Shown here piece by piece: positions 48,955 through 58,194 of a stretch of 64,000 bases of DNA. Origin of the DNA: Rhodospirillaceae bacterium (lineage in GTDB: Bacteria > Pseudomonadota > Alphaproteobacteria > MPNO01 > UBA2964); NCBI GenBank assembly GCA_002709075.1, contig PAPV01000014.1, positions 479 through 64,478 of the forward strand, in the 5' to 3' direction. The translations under genes were made by a program, and so were the position numbers. The first letter of the stretch is position 1, and each line of letters opens with the position of its first letter. Below the pieces are notes generated by a model. That model was not told the DNA's origin, made no database searches, and worked only from the letters and a program-made list of their open reading frames with translations.

Positions 48955-51291
48955 TTAGTTTTTTGCAGCTTGGATGGCTTCCCAGACGCGAGCTGGAGTA
49001 GCGGGTGCGTCAAGCTTTGTAACACCAACAGGGGCCAGTGCGTGCAGTATAGCGCACATTGATGCTGCCATAGATCCACCATTTCCCGCTTCCCCACAAC
49101 CTTTTACTCCTAAAGGGTTGGTGGTAGAGGGTACGTTGCGAGTTGAAAACGCTATATTGCAAAGATCATCGGCTCGAGGCATGCAGTAGTCCATGTAAGA
49201 CCCAGTAACAAGTTGTCCATTTTCATCATAGACAGTATTCTCAAGCAAAACTTGCCCAATACCTTGCATTATTCCTCCTTGTACTTGGCCCTCGACAACC
49301 AGAGGGTTAATTACTAACCCGAAGTCATCTACAACAGTATACCGGACAATTTCTGTAACTCCGGTTTCGGGATCAATTTCTACCTCACATATGTGACAAC
49401 CATTTGGGAATGATGAAGGACTGGTATCGTGAACTGCTTTGTCGTCTAGTGTGTCTGGAACATCTTTTGGCAAATTAATTTCAGATTGTAATCTTTTTGA
49501 TAGCTCTATTATACCGATTGATCGATCTGTTCCGGCTACAATAAAGTCACCTGCGGCAAATTCAATATCCTCTGCTGCAGCCTCAAGAAAATGTGCGGCA
49601 GCAATTTTTCCTTTTTCTGCAATCTTTGTGGCGCAGTCATTAATGGCATTTCCTGCCCCCAAAAGTGTTTTGGAGCCCCCAGATCCGCTGGCGCCCTTAC
49701 TCATAAGTTCTGAGTCATTTTGGATAACACGTATTTTTTCATATGGAACGCCCAGTTTGTCAGACAAAATCTGCGCAAAGGGGGTGCGATGACTTGTTCC
49801 CATGTCTTTTGCTCCAGTAATCAGTGCTACCGTGCCATCATCATGAAATCGAACATCACAAAGCTCTCCAGCGGCGCCCGTGTTTTCAAGATAAGGGGTT
49901 AGAGCAATACCGCATAATTTTCCACGTTGAGCAGCTTTTGCTCTTCGCTCTTCAAAACCAGCCCAATCCGCTTGTTTTAAACATTCATCCATCAACGCTT
50001 CAAATTCACCAGAATCATACTCTTGCCCGTTAGGAGTTTTCCAAGGGAATGACCCAGCTGGGATTAGATTTTTTCTTCGGATTTCAACCCTATCAAAGCC
50101 CATTTCGCTGGCTGCTTTATCAATTAGTTGCTCCAAAATATATTTGGATTCTGGACGCCCTGCACCGCGGTATGGTCCCGTAGGAACCGTGTTTGAAAAC
50201 ACGGCTTTTGTTCCGTAGGCAAAAGCGGGCGTTTTATACACACTGACCAAATTTCGGGAGATTACACCAGTGACTGGACCAGGACCCATAGCGGTTGAAT
50301 AAGCCCCCAAATTCCCAACACCCCCGCATCTGAGCGCCAAAAAATTTCCATCTTTATCCAAAGCCAATTCTGCACTTATAAGACTGTCACGACCCTGTTG
50401 GTCTGAGAGAAAACTCTCGGTCCTACTGGCTGTCCATTTTACTGTTCGGTTCAGCTTCCGGGAAGCATACATAACAGCGATAGGCTCTGCTAGACACGCA
50501 CCTTTCATGCCAAAAGAACCGCCCACATCATTGGAAAGAATACGAATTTTTTCATCTTTCATTTTGAAAATTGCTTTAGCTAACTGCGATCTCATTCCAA
50601 CGACACCTTGCGTTGGCAGAGTTACAGTGAATTTGTCCAAGTGCGAGTCGTATTCGGCTATAACAGCTCGTGGTTCCATTGCATTTACCACCATACGGGT
50701 AGATAAAACACGAATACTGCTTACATGGTCGGCTTCCTCAAATGCCTGGTCGCAGGCTTTCTGATCTCCAGTAAAATAGTCAAGGCAAATGTTATTTTCT
50801 GCTTCGTCCCATAGTTGAACAGCACCATCTTGAAGCGCATCCCACGCCTCAACAGTTACTTTTTCTGGCAGAATATCTACTGCTACTAATTCAGCTGCTT
50901 CTTCTGCAAGCGCTGCAGTTTCTGCAATAACAACTGCTATTATTTCACCAACGTGTCGAACCCGACCTTCAGCCATCCCACAACGAGGAGGTACAAAGTA
51001 GGGGGATCCGTCCCGATTTTTGATTGGCATGTTTGATGGAATGTCTCCCACGCTATCGGCTCGCAAATCCTCCGCAGTATAAATTGCCAACACACCAGGC
51101 ATTTCCAAAGCTGTACATATCTTTATTGATTTAATTATCCCGTGGGCAACCTGACTGCGAACAAAACGCGCATAGAGTTGCCCGTCCGCGGAATAATCAT
51201 CCGTGTATTCCCCGCCACCAGTCAGAAGTCGAGGATCCTCTGATCGATAAACAGGTTGCCCAATACCAAAATTTAGCGGTATCCTACTCAT
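48955..51291 (-). CDS. xanthine dehydrogenase/aldehyde oxidase family molybdopterin-binding large subunit (CoxL-like, non-CO-dehydrogenase type)
   Basis: 778 aa; GQPVYRSEDPRLLTG N-terminus, GSFGMKG, GPYRGAGRPE active-site loop; 8-nt overlap with hyuB. Confidence 0.85.
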   Translation of the reverse strand: MSRIPLNFGIGQPVYRSEDPRLLTGGGEYTDDYSADGQLYARFVRSQVAHGIIKSIKICTALEMPGVLAIYTAEDLRADSVGDIPSNMPIKNRDGSPYFVPPRCGMAEGRVRHVGEIIAVVIAETAALAEEAAELVAVDILPEKVTVEAWDALQDGAVQLWDEAENNICLDYFTGDQKACDQAFEEADHVSSIRVLSTRMVVNAMEPRAVIAEYDSHLDKFTVTLPTQGVVGMRSQLAKAIFKMKDEKIRILSNDVGGSFGMKGACLAEPIAVMYASRKLNRTVKWTASRTESFLSDQQGRDSLISAELALDKDGNFLALRCGGVGNLGAYSTAMGPGPVTGVISRNLVSVYKTPAFAYGTKAVFSNTVPTGPYRGAGRPESKYILEQLIDKAASEMGFDRVEIRRKNLIPAGSFPWKTPNGQEYDSGEFEALMDECLKQADWAGFEERRAKAAQRGKLCGIALTPYLENTGAAGELCDVRFHDDGTVALITGAKDMGTSHRTPFAQILSDKLGVPYEKIRVIQNDSELMSKGASGSGGSKTLLGAGNAINDCATKIAEKGKIAAAHFLEAAAEDIEFAAGDFIVAGTDRSIGIIELSKRLQSEINLPKDVPDTLDDKAVHDTSPSSFPNGCHICEVEIDPETGVTEIVRYTVVDDFGLVINPLVVEGQVQGGIMQGIGQVLLENTVYDENGQLVTGSYMDYCMPRADDLCNIAFSTRNVPSTTNPLGVKGCGEAGNGGSMAASMCAILHALAPVGVTKLDAPATPARVWEAIQAAKN

Positions 51292-53041
51292 CCCGGGGTT
51301 TCTCCAAATTTTCTATCAAGATTTTGCGTTTTTTATTAGTTTTAACTATATTTGCTTTGCCGCTTTTATCTATACAGACGCCAAAAAGTTCTTCTGCTTG
51401 CAGTTCCGTGTAGTAACCCCGTTTCACATCACTTTGTACCAGACTTATATCTCGTTCGCATGGATTACCATAGCCACCACCACCAGGAGTTGAAACTCTA
51501 ACAGTATCATTCTGATTTACCTCGATATCTTGGTCTTTTGATAGATGTGGCGGTATGTAATCTACACCATTTTGGCTGATCACAACCCTGTTAACGCCGC
51601 CATTCGCTCCACCAAGTACCCCTAACGGTCCTGTTCGCCCATGATCCATAACCATCGAAGCTCTTGCCTCACCTCTCTGGAGTCTAATTTTGTAGTTTAC
51701 TCCAAATCCTCCTCGATATTTTCCGGCTCCTCCGGACCCTTCATGAAGTGAAAATTCTTCAAAAATAACTGGGTAATATTGTTCCATAACCTCTATGGGA
51801 GTTGTTTTTGATATTCCAATTGTTGAGCAACCATTCGAGATACCATCCCCAAAATTACTTCCACCATAACCACCACCAGATATGACATACATTACGTAGG
51901 GTCGATCTTTTTCTGGATCAACACCACCAAGACAGAAATTCCCACTTGTACCTGCAGGCGCGGCAAAAAGTTTGTTGGGTATAGCTTCCACTAATGCTAC
52001 GAATACGGCCTCTGCGATGCGTTGACTAACTTCTGCAGCACAACCAGAAACTGGACGTGGATATTCTGCATATAGAAAAGTTCCCTTTGGATCATGAATA
52101 TGAAGTGGGTCAAATGTGCCTGCATTTATTGGTACATCAGGAAAAATGTGTTTCATAGCCAAATATATTGAAGATCTCGTGGTAGCAATCACAGAATTCA
52201 TTGGTCCAAGGCAAGGTGGACTGGAGTCCGACATATCAAAATATAATTCAGTTCCCTCGCAACGAATCTTCATTTTAATTTCCAGAGGTTTGTCCACTAC
52301 ACCATCGGAGTCAACAAATGCACTTCCATTGTATTCACCATCAGGGATATCATTAATGCATGCTCTCATTTGCTGTGCTGCCCGTTCGCGCAGTTCCTCA
52401 ATTGCTTGTTTAACTGTTTGTACGCCGTACCGTTCCAGCAATACCTCGAAGCGTTTTTCTCCAACAGTCAGAGCTGCAGCCTGTGCCTTTATATCTCCTA
52501 TACGTTGATCAGCGATCCTTATGTTTGAAAGCACTATTGAGAGTATTTCTTTATCTATAACGCCCTCTTTATATAGTTTAACTGGCGGCAACCTCAATCC
52601 TTCCTGCTCGACCTCAGTCGCACTTGCAGAAAAACCACCAGGTACAGATCCACCTGTGTCTGGCCAATGACCAGTGTTGGCCAACCATGCGAAAAGTTCT
52701 CCCTGATAAAAAAATGGTTTTACGAAGCGTACATCCATTAGATGTGTTCCGCCCAGATATGGGTCATTTACAATATAAACATCACCAGCTTTAGCATTTT
52801 TCGCTCTTTCGATTACACATTTAGTGCCAAACTGCATTGTTCCTACAAACACCGGCAAACCTAATTCCCCTTGGGAAATTAAATCTCCGTTTTCTGGATG
52901 ATAAATGCCATCTGACCTATCCAAAGCCTCTGAAATTACTGGACTAAATGCAGACCTTACAAACGCGAGATCCATCTCATTGCAAACCTGCTGAAGACCC
53001 GATTGAATAACGGCTAATGTAACGGGGTCTAGCGAACTCAT
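51284..53041 (-). CDS. hyuB: hydantoinase B/oxoprolinase family protein
   Basis: 585 aa; DPVTLAVIQSGL, NDPYLGGTHLMD, GGGYG motifs. Confidence 0.8.
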   Translation of the reverse strand: MSSLDPVTLAVIQSGLQQVCNEMDLAFVRSAFSPVISEALDRSDGIYHPENGDLISQGELGLPVFVGTMQFGTKCVIERAKNAKAGDVYIVNDPYLGGTHLMDVRFVKPFFYQGELFAWLANTGHWPDTGGSVPGGFSASATEVEQEGLRLPPVKLYKEGVIDKEILSIVLSNIRIADQRIGDIKAQAAALTVGEKRFEVLLERYGVQTVKQAIEELRERAAQQMRACINDIPDGEYNGSAFVDSDGVVDKPLEIKMKIRCEGTELYFDMSDSSPPCLGPMNSVIATTRSSIYLAMKHIFPDVPINAGTFDPLHIHDPKGTFLYAEYPRPVSGCAAEVSQRIAEAVFVALVEAIPNKLFAAPAGTSGNFCLGGVDPEKDRPYVMYVISGGGYGGSNFGDGISNGCSTIGISKTTPIEVMEQYYPVIFEEFSLHEGSGGAGKYRGGFGVNYKIRLQRGEARASMVMDHGRTGPLGVLGGANGGVNRVVISQNGVDYIPPHLSKDQDIEVNQNDTVRVSTPGGGGYGNPCERDISLVQSDVKRGYYTELQAEELFGVCIDKSGKANIVKTNKKRKILIENLEKPRDE

Positions 53042-55083
53042 TTGGTAATCTCCGTATCAATATTCATTATAATATTGCCAAAAATATCAGTGTACATATT
53101 ATCTTTGGGTTCCATAATTACGGTTGTATCGCTTTGTTCAAGGATAGCAGGGCCTTGCAAAGTTGTTTCTAGTGGCATTGCCTCTCTATTGTAAATAGGT
53201 GTTTCTGTGCGGCCACCTTCAAACCAAACCAGGCGGGCCCCGGTTTGCGCTTTTTCAATTCTGTTTGTTCGCATTTTAATATCCATGAGATTAGAAAGTT
53301 CGACCTGTTTGCGCTTTCCAATTACCGCAGTGTGCAAATTTACAACGACCGGTCGGATCTCATCGAGTTCAACGGCAAATCTGTTCCAATATGCTGATGC
53401 AAAAGCATCATGGAGTTTCCGCTTCGTAATGTTTTTATTTACGGAAACGGTAAGAATATGTGTTTGTCCTTGAAATTGCATATCGATATCGTGAAAAATA
53501 ATGATATCTTCCACCTCTATACCTTCTGCATTAATCGTCTCTTGGCCACGCGTTTCTTGTTCTGTGAAAATCGCTGAAATTTCTTCCATGTTTGCTTCGA
53601 CCAAAGATTTATTAATCGTATTAACGTAGTCATGTCGAACATCGGCCACTACACAACCCACTGCATTTGTAATGCCTGGTCTTGCCGGAACTAGAACTTT
53701 TGGAATACCCAGTTCACGAGCGAGTGCGGCTGCGTGCAGAGGACCAGCTCCACCAAAGGGAAATAAAGCAAAGTCTCTTGGATCATGTCCTCTAGCAAGG
53801 GAGACAATTCTGAGAGCACCGGCCATTTTTGTATTGGCAATTTGTATTATCGCAGCAGCCGCTTCCTCAGGAGAATTTAAACCCAGAGGTTCACTGATTT
53901 TTTTTGTAAATATATCAATTATTTTATCAAGTCCAATATCAGAATTTGCCATAATTTCTGGATTTAGCCGTCCCAGTAGCATATTCGCATCTGTTATCGT
54001 CGGCTGCACACCACCGCGGCCATAACAAATAGGTCCTGGCACTGCACCGGCACTCTCTGGGCCCACTTCCAACAGGCCAGCAGGGGTTATAGCCGCGATT
54101 GACCCGCCACCAGCACCAATTGTTCGCACATCGACCATAGGAACGTGAATGGGCATCGCATACTCGATTTCTAATTCTGAGGAAACTTGGGGTATGCCGT
54201 TTTTGATAAGCGCCACATCACAACTTGTTCCACCCATATCACAGGTAATAACATTATCATATCCAGCGCTTTTTGCTGTGTAGGCGGCGGCCATCACGCC
54301 TGAGGCTGGTCCAGACATAACGGTGTTAACAGCGGTTTCGGAAATTAATTTGGATGATACCGTACCACCATTGCCCTGCATTACTAGCAAATCATGGACA
54401 TAGCCTCGGTCTTTTAGTTCATTCCTAAGCTTCTTTATATAATTGTCCAAAACCGGTTGGATCGCTGCATTTATCATCGCCGTAGTTCCACGTTCATATT
54501 CGCGAAATTCAGACATTACAGCGCTTCCACGAGTAATAAAGTCGTTCGGCCAAATCTCTCTCACAACCTGTTCTGCATGTTTTTCATTAGTATCATTGAC
54601 ATATGAATGAAGAAAGTGAATCACGATGGAGTCAACTCCCATATCGAGCAATCTTTGTGCTGCTTTTCGGACATCATTCTCATCCAAGGCTGTTATGATT
54701 TGCCCGTTTGCGCCAATTCGTTCTGACGCCTCCAAACGCCTTTCTCGCGGTATCAAGCATTCAAAACTGCCTGTGAGTCCGTATGGGTTCGGTCTTGTTC
54801 GACGACCAAGTTCAAGCGAGTCCCGAAAACCTAGGGTTGTTATGAGTCCACATTTTGCGATTTTTCGTTCTAAAAGGGCATTAGTAGTAACCGTTGTTCC
54901 ATGCACTATGGTGTGAATAGAAGCTGGTTGAACACCTCCTTCAGTTATTGCTGACAGAACTCCAAATGCCTGATTTTCCGGAGTTGAAGGCACTTTAGCA
55001 ATTTTTACTGTGCCCGTCTCGTCATCTAGAATTATTAAATCGGTAAAAGTACCACCTACATCCACTCCTACAATTCGGCTCAT
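53038..55083 (-). CDS. hyuA: hydantoinase A/oxoprolinase family protein (ATP-binding, ASKHA fold)
   Basis: 681 aa; GVDVGGTFTD, DMGGTSCD, GAGGGSIA motifs; 4-nt overlap with hyuB. Confidence 0.8.
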   Translation of the reverse strand: MSRIVGVDVGGTFTDLIILDDETGTVKIAKVPSTPENQAFGVLSAITEGGVQPASIHTIVHGTTVTTNALLERKIAKCGLITTLGFRDSLELGRRTRPNPYGLTGSFECLIPRERRLEASERIGANGQIITALDENDVRKAAQRLLDMGVDSIVIHFLHSYVNDTNEKHAEQVVREIWPNDFITRGSAVMSEFREYERGTTAMINAAIQPVLDNYIKKLRNELKDRGYVHDLLVMQGNGGTVSSKLISETAVNTVMSGPASGVMAAAYTAKSAGYDNVITCDMGGTSCDVALIKNGIPQVSSELEIEYAMPIHVPMVDVRTIGAGGGSIAAITPAGLLEVGPESAGAVPGPICYGRGGVQPTITDANMLLGRLNPEIMANSDIGLDKIIDIFTKKISEPLGLNSPEEAAAAIIQIANTKMAGALRIVSLARGHDPRDFALFPFGGAGPLHAAALARELGIPKVLVPARPGITNAVGCVVADVRHDYVNTINKSLVEANMEEISAIFTEQETRGQETINAEGIEVEDIIIFHDIDMQFQGQTHILTVSVNKNITKRKLHDAFASAYWNRFAVELDEIRPVVVNLHTAVIGKRKQVELSNLMDIKMRTNRIEKAQTGARLVWFEGGRTETPIYNREAMPLETTLQGPAILEQSDTTVIMEPKDNMYTDIFGNIIMNIDTEITK

Positions 55084-55106
55084 AATTTACCTTCCTGCGC
55101 AAAGAT

Positions 55107-55125
55107 TCATTCGTGTACATATAAT
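55107..55125 (-). promoter_or_regulatory. related box upstream of hyuA (minus-strand reading ATTATATGTACACGAATGA)
   Basis: ATTATATGTACAC is 13/13 identical to 44695..44707; lies 23-41 nt upstream of hyuA ATG (55083). Confidence 0.45.
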
Positions 55126-55423
55126 AATGTATGGATGAAATAAAGGCAGCAATGCTATCTGATTATTTTCTGAGCCGAAAATGAAAGAAGTGCATTTTTA
55201 AAATAAAGTGGTTGTCAGTAAAAATGTTATTGTAGGTGCTATTCAATATTTAATGATATTTTGAGTTTGTTCTGGATATAAAATTATTTTAAAAGCTGTC
55301 CCAGCAGCTTGTTATCCCAAACTTAATCTTGTTGTTTCTGGATTGTAGTTTTTGCAATGATTTTATACATTCAAAGAAAAGGCTAGTCGTGTATAATGTA
55401 GTTTTTTAACATTTGTTCGCTCG

Positions 55424-55921
55424 GTGTTATTTGTGAAAAATCCAGTACTTACTTTTTCATTATGTTTTCTCATGGGCTTTATGGGTTTAAGATTGTACTT
55501 CGGGGGTACAGAGAACCCATTAATTTTAATTCCTGAGGAAGGTTTAGATGAAATACAAACCGGGTTTTTGCGCGAAAAAATTGTTGAGGTGACCAAGGGA
55601 AAAGTCGATCGTGGTAAAGTAAAGGATCTGACTAATTTTGAATGGGATCAGGTTTGTGTTTTTTTAAATGAAAAAAATTCAAATATAGTTTCCATTCGGG
55701 AGAGGCGCTTGAAAAATGCACCTCCAAAAAACCAAAAAGATTATGTTTATTTAGTTTTCAAGAAAACAGGTATTCGGCAAATGACAGTGAAGTTAAAGAT
55801 CACTGATCAATTTGGTTATTATCAAATCGGTCCATACAGTACGAAATGTTTTCCTGCGACAGCAATCTTTTATACAAAGCAGAAAAGTAAAAGTGTTCGA
55901 CGTTTGTTAGTATTGAATTAG
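55424..55921 (+). CDS. hypothetical protein with N-terminal hydrophobic helix
   Basis: GTG-start ORF, 165 aa, PVLTFSLCFLMGFMGLRLYF segment; no family recognised; start uncertain. Confidence 0.35.
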   Translation: MLFVKNPVLTFSLCFLMGFMGLRLYFGGTENPLILIPEEGLDEIQTGFLREKIVEVTKGKVDRGKVKDLTNFEWDQVCVFLNEKNSNIVSIRERRLKNAPPKNQKDYVYLVFKKTGIRQMTVKLKITDQFGYYQIGPYSTKCFPATAIFYTKQKSKSVRRLLVLN

Positions 55922-55925
55922 AAAT

Positions 55926-56654
55926 TCATTTTGTTTTCAATTTGTTATGGTGGGTTTTTTTACCCCCATTATGTAGTTTCGAAATAATATCATCAGTAAG
56001 CATTACGTCGGCAAAATGAGTATACATAGAGTTTATTGAGGCTTCATGTGCTTTTGGGTTGGATGCAGCGCAAGAATCCTCTGCGACAAGCACATCATAA
56101 TTTAACATCATCGCATCTCTTACTGTTGACTCAACACAGACATTTGTGACAATTCCGCAAATGATTAAGAGCTCAATCCCGTGTTCCCCTAGAACCTTCT
56201 CAATATTGGAAGACCCTTTAGCGAAAGCAGAAAACCGTGATTTATTTATTTTTCGATCACTGCTTCGAATATCTAAATGATCAAACAATTTGAAACCTAA
56301 GCCATCCTTTGAAAGTTCAGTTCTGCGGTAGTTCAAACGTTCTTGTGTTAGATGTCCATAGAAAGCAGACCAATCTTTTACATCCTTATTAGTAAAAATA
56401 TTGCGAAGCCAAATTACTGGAGCGCCAATGTTCCGAAATGTTCCTGCAAGCCGGTTAATATTAGGCACAATTTCCAAAGCAAACGGGCAGAAATTTGTTG
56501 ACCCATCGAGTAAATAAAAGTTTTGCATATCCACAATAACAAGCGCTGTTTCAGTCGGTTTTATTTCGGTTAGACGACCTGACAGACCAAATTGTTTTTG
56601 GTTTCTCTGGATGCTTTCTTGCCAAAGCACGCTCTGATTGACAGGGCTTTTCAA
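55926..56654 (-). CDS. isochorismatase-like cysteine hydrolase
   Basis: TALVIVDMQNFY, SRFSAF, GIVTNVCVESTVRDA (catalytic Cys) motifs. Confidence 0.8.
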   Translation of the reverse strand: MKSPVNQSVLWQESIQRNQKQFGLSGRLTEIKPTETALVIVDMQNFYLLDGSTNFCPFALEIVPNINRLAGTFRNIGAPVIWLRNIFTNKDVKDWSAFYGHLTQERLNYRRTELSKDGLGFKLFDHLDIRSSDRKINKSRFSAFAKGSSNIEKVLGEHGIELLIICGIVTNVCVESTVRDAMMLNYDVLVAEDSCAASNPKAHEASINSMYTHFADVMLTDDIISKLHNGGKKTHHNKLKTK

Positions 56655-56697
56655 AAAATAGCTCCCAAAATTTTTACAAACAAGTATTAATCAACGT

Positions 56698-57399
56698 TTA
56701 TACTGCGGCAGCAACTATTGTGCATTCATTTAAGAGTGTTAACACTTGTTGTGTGTCCTGAACATCCCCAAATTGCAGGTAAAATTGGTTTAATGTTGCG
56801 TTGTGCAGGCTATCATCAGGCGCAGCATTTGCATCGGAAATCATCATTGTTCTGAAATTTAGCATCATGGCATCACGAGCAGTTGACTCGCAGCAGGTGC
56901 AGGTGGAGACTCCTGTTATAAGTACAGTATCGATTTCCCGTCTCCGCAGTTCTTCCTCTAATTTTGATGGGGAAGGAATGAATGCTGAATATCGAGTTTT
57001 CGGAATTATGGGATCTTCTTCTTTAACATCTAAACCTGGCCAAAGATCAAAACCGGATCCGCCAGGTTTCATGCCCTCAACACGTTTTTTGGTGCCTTCG
57101 TCGGTCATTCTTTCATAATATGCAGACCAATGTTCGACGGAGTCTGGGCCTGAATGAGTTTGTATCCATATCACCGAGCCCCCTGCACGTCGGGTAGCAG
57201 CTGCTAAGAGATTAATATTTGGGACTATATCCCTTGCAACCGGGCATTCCGAGGGTTGCCCTGCTTCGACAAAATAAAGTTGCATGTCTACAACTATAAG
57301 TGCGGTTTTTGGTCCCTCCAGTGAAGTCACAGTGTGTTTTCGACCAGAGCGACGTTTAACACGCTCAATATATTCCGGTTTTATGGAAACTTTATGCAT
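56698..57399 (-). CDS. isochorismatase-like cysteine hydrolase, tandem paralog
   Basis: TALIVVDMQLYF, TRYSAF, GVSTCTCCESTARDA motifs. Confidence 0.8.
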   Translation of the reverse strand: MHKVSIKPEYIERVKRRSGRKHTVTSLEGPKTALIVVDMQLYFVEAGQPSECPVARDIVPNINLLAAATRRAGGSVIWIQTHSGPDSVEHWSAYYERMTDEGTKKRVEGMKPGGSGFDLWPGLDVKEEDPIIPKTRYSAFIPSPSKLEEELRRREIDTVLITGVSTCTCCESTARDAMMLNFRTMMISDANAAPDDSLHNATLNQFYLQFGDVQDTQQVLTLLNECTIVAAAV

Positions 57400-57456
57400 T
57401 CATTCCTCCATCATTAATTTTCTTTTAACATTAAGCGGCAGATTAGTCATTACATG

Positions 57457-58194
57457 CTATACACTACCCCCTCCACTTACGCTTATAACCTCTCCTGTTA
57501 CGAAACGCGCTGCGTCGGAAATTAAAAATTTTGCTACTTCTGCAACGTCATCCGGTTCTGCTATCCTTCCCAGCATAGAGCGATTTGCTGCAGCCTCACG
57601 GGCTGAGTTGCTATATTCAGCAATCATTGGTGTTGAGGTCGCTCCGGGACTCACTGTATTAACACGTATTTTATGGGGGCCTAAGGCTCGGGCAAGAGAT
57701 CGATTTAAACCATATATTGCCGCTTTTGAAGTTACATAGGCGGGCCCACCGCGTCCGGAACCTCCACCGACACCGCTTGCTTGTACCGAACCGGATGACG
57801 TAAGCACTATAGAACCGCCACCATTAGATTTCATATATTCGCCTGCAGCTTTAGCAATATGAAAAGAACCCAAAACATTTATCTCATGGACTTTCAAAAA
57901 TTTTTCAGATGAAATTTCTTCCCATGTGTCTGTGGAGTGAATTGCGGCGAAATGGCACACAGAATCTACCGATCCGAAAAACTCTGCTGTTCGGGTTACG
58001 GCACTCCGGCATGCATCAAGGTCAGACACATCTATAGTTAGAGGTAAACAGGAATTAGTGTATTGGGTGAGTGTTTCTGGGATAGGGTATATGTCGACTG
58101 CAGTGACGTTAAAGCCATCCCGTAGTAGTGAGGCAGAACAGGCATGTCCAATTCCTCTGCGTGCTCCGGTAACTATAATAGTTTTAGTTGGCAT
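57457..58194 (-). CDS. SDR family oxidoreductase
   Basis: TGARRGIGHA, YVTSKAA catalytic motif, 245 aa. Confidence 0.85.
   Translation of the reverse strand: MPTKTIIVTGARRGIGHACSASLLRDGFNVTAVDIYPIPETLTQYTNSCLPLTIDVSDLDACRSAVTRTAEFFGSVDSVCHFAAIHSTDTWEEISSEKFLKVHEINVLGSFHIAKAAGEYMKSNGGGSIVLTSSGSVQASGVGGGSGRGGPAYVTSKAAIYGLNRSLARALGPHKIRVNTVSPGATSTPMIAEYSNSAREAAANRSMLGRIAEPDDVAEVAKFLISDAARFVTGEVISVSGGGSV

Noticed and set aside
48955-51291. CoxL-like gene as an aerobic carbon monoxide dehydrogenase
   Set aside because: The active-site loop reads GPYRGAGRPE, not the AYRCSFR loop of form I CO dehydrogenases. There are no coxM, coxS or accessory cox genes nearby.
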